In this document: positions 22,457 to 23,062 of the stretch, piece by piece
Position numbering within the stretch: position 1 is the stretch's first letter
How the letters are laid out: each line of letters opens with the position of its first letter
Assembly: GCA_011967385.1 (NCBI GenBank)
Contig: GCA_011967385.1_4516.2
Length of the DNA stretch: 23,062 nt
Origin: a phage
Strand: one strand, 5' to 3'
The notes under the pieces: generated by a model
What the model saw: only the letters and a program-made list of their open reading frames with translations
Told to the model about the DNA's origin: nothing
Databases searched by the model: none
Made by a program: the position numbers and the translations under genes

Positions 22457-22762
22457 TTAGCACAATGCAGAAGACGAAACCCAAGCACCTTCAGTAATAA
22501 CGTAACCATTACCTTCACGCTTAACATCGCCACCATTATTTTCAATTTCATCTTTCATCCACTGGGATACAATTTCACCCTTAGGATAATAAGTACGACC
22601 GCTACCATAATCACCTACAGAAAACGATACGGCGTATTGGTCTGCGATCTTTGTTGCTTCTTCTTCGATACGTTCAGCTTGATTCAGAAGTTTATAAATT
22701 GCATCTGAAGCGGATTTGGCATCATTAAACTCTGGTACTTTAATTTCGATAATCTTACTCAT
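22457..22762 (-). CDS. Small protein, 101 aa, tandem paralog (C-terminal AWVSSSALC)
   Basis: Ends ...TEGAWVSSSALC. SD AAGGAA. Promoter at 22822-22851. Confidence 0.55.
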   Translation of the reverse strand: MSKIIEIKVPEFNDAKSASDAIYKLLNQAERIEEEATKIADQYAVSFSVGDYGSGRTYYPKGEIVSQWMKDEIENNGGDVKREGNGYVITEGAWVSSSALC

Positions 22763-22821
22763 TTTCTACATTCCTTAATAAAGTTTTCGATTGTTTCATT
22801 TTCACGTCTAGCTAGGAGTTC

Positions 22822-22851
22822 ATTATAACTAATCATTTGAGAAGCGTAAAC
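22822..22851 (-). promoter_or_regulatory. Sigma70-type early promoter (GTTTAC-N18-TATAAT)
   Basis: Upstream of the first gene of the tandem small-protein array. Confidence 0.5.
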
Positions 22852-22860
22852 AGCATAAAT

Positions 22861-23062
22861 TCAGTTCAGGCTTTTGCATCTTATTTCCTTAACGAATTCC
22901 ATAGCTTCTTCATATTCATACTTTTTAACAGCTTCATCATACTGAGCTTGGGCTTTTGCGCACTGAACTTTCCATTCTCTTAATCGGGCTCTGTGATGAC
23001 GGCCTTGGTGCCAATATCCTACCCAATTAATAGGCATTAATAAAAACGGTACAATAAGTGGT
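22861..23062 (-). CDS. Partial ORF running off the window end (C-terminal part of a hypothetical protein)
   Basis: Open minus-strand frame from the window end to the TGA at 22863-22861 (...MPINWVGYWHQGRHHRARLREWKVQCAKAQAQYDEAVKKYEYEEAMEFVKEIRCKSLN). Not in the track because the start lies outside the window. Confidence 0.4.
   Translation of the reverse strand, partial: PLIVPFLLMPINWVGYWHQGRHHRARLREWKVQCAKAQAQYDEAVKKYEYEEAMEFVKEIRCKSLN

Noticed and set aside
1-23062. CRISPR array, transposase or integrase
   Set aside because: No regularly spaced direct repeats and no DDE or tyrosine-recombinase motifs. The repeated sequences seen are promoter consensus and terminator hairpins.

Overview
This 23 kb window reads as a densely packed early/accessory region of a T4-like (T-even) myophage, with every convincing gene on the minus strand. 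Seven anchors are recognisable by direct amino-acid similarity recalled from T4 (not database-verified): nrdC thioredoxin (498-761), rI (10198-10500), tk (10753-11334), regB (13290-13748), denV (17172-17585), e lysozyme (17922-18410) and nudE Nudix hydrolase (18445-18903). Gene order and ORF counts between anchors match the T4 map as I recall it (nrdC, about 11 nrdC.x ORFs, rI, tk, tk.1-4, vs, vs.1, regB, vs.3-8, denV, ip genes, e, nudE, e.x). Genes are tightly coupled by ATGA/TAATG stop-start overlaps, and many ORF-track starts are TTG/GTG extensions that I trimmed to an internal ATG with a Shine-Dalgarno. Regulatory signals are sigma70-type early promoters (GTTTAC-N17/18-TATAAT-like), two exact TATAAATA late motifs near rI, and intrinsic terminator hairpins. 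No rRNA, tRNA, CRISPR or transposase was seen. The most interesting candidates are: a rearranged internal-protein cassette of four genes with the capsid-targeting leader; an operon encoding a Pol-beta-type nucleotidyltransferase translationally coupled to a membrane protein; a GrcA-like glycyl-radical spare part; a small ORF at the position of the anti-CBASS sponge Acb2 (vs.4); a macro-domain protein; a tandem three-member small-protein family; and palindromes embedded in promoters. All functional assignments beyond the seven anchors are motif- or synteny-based inference.
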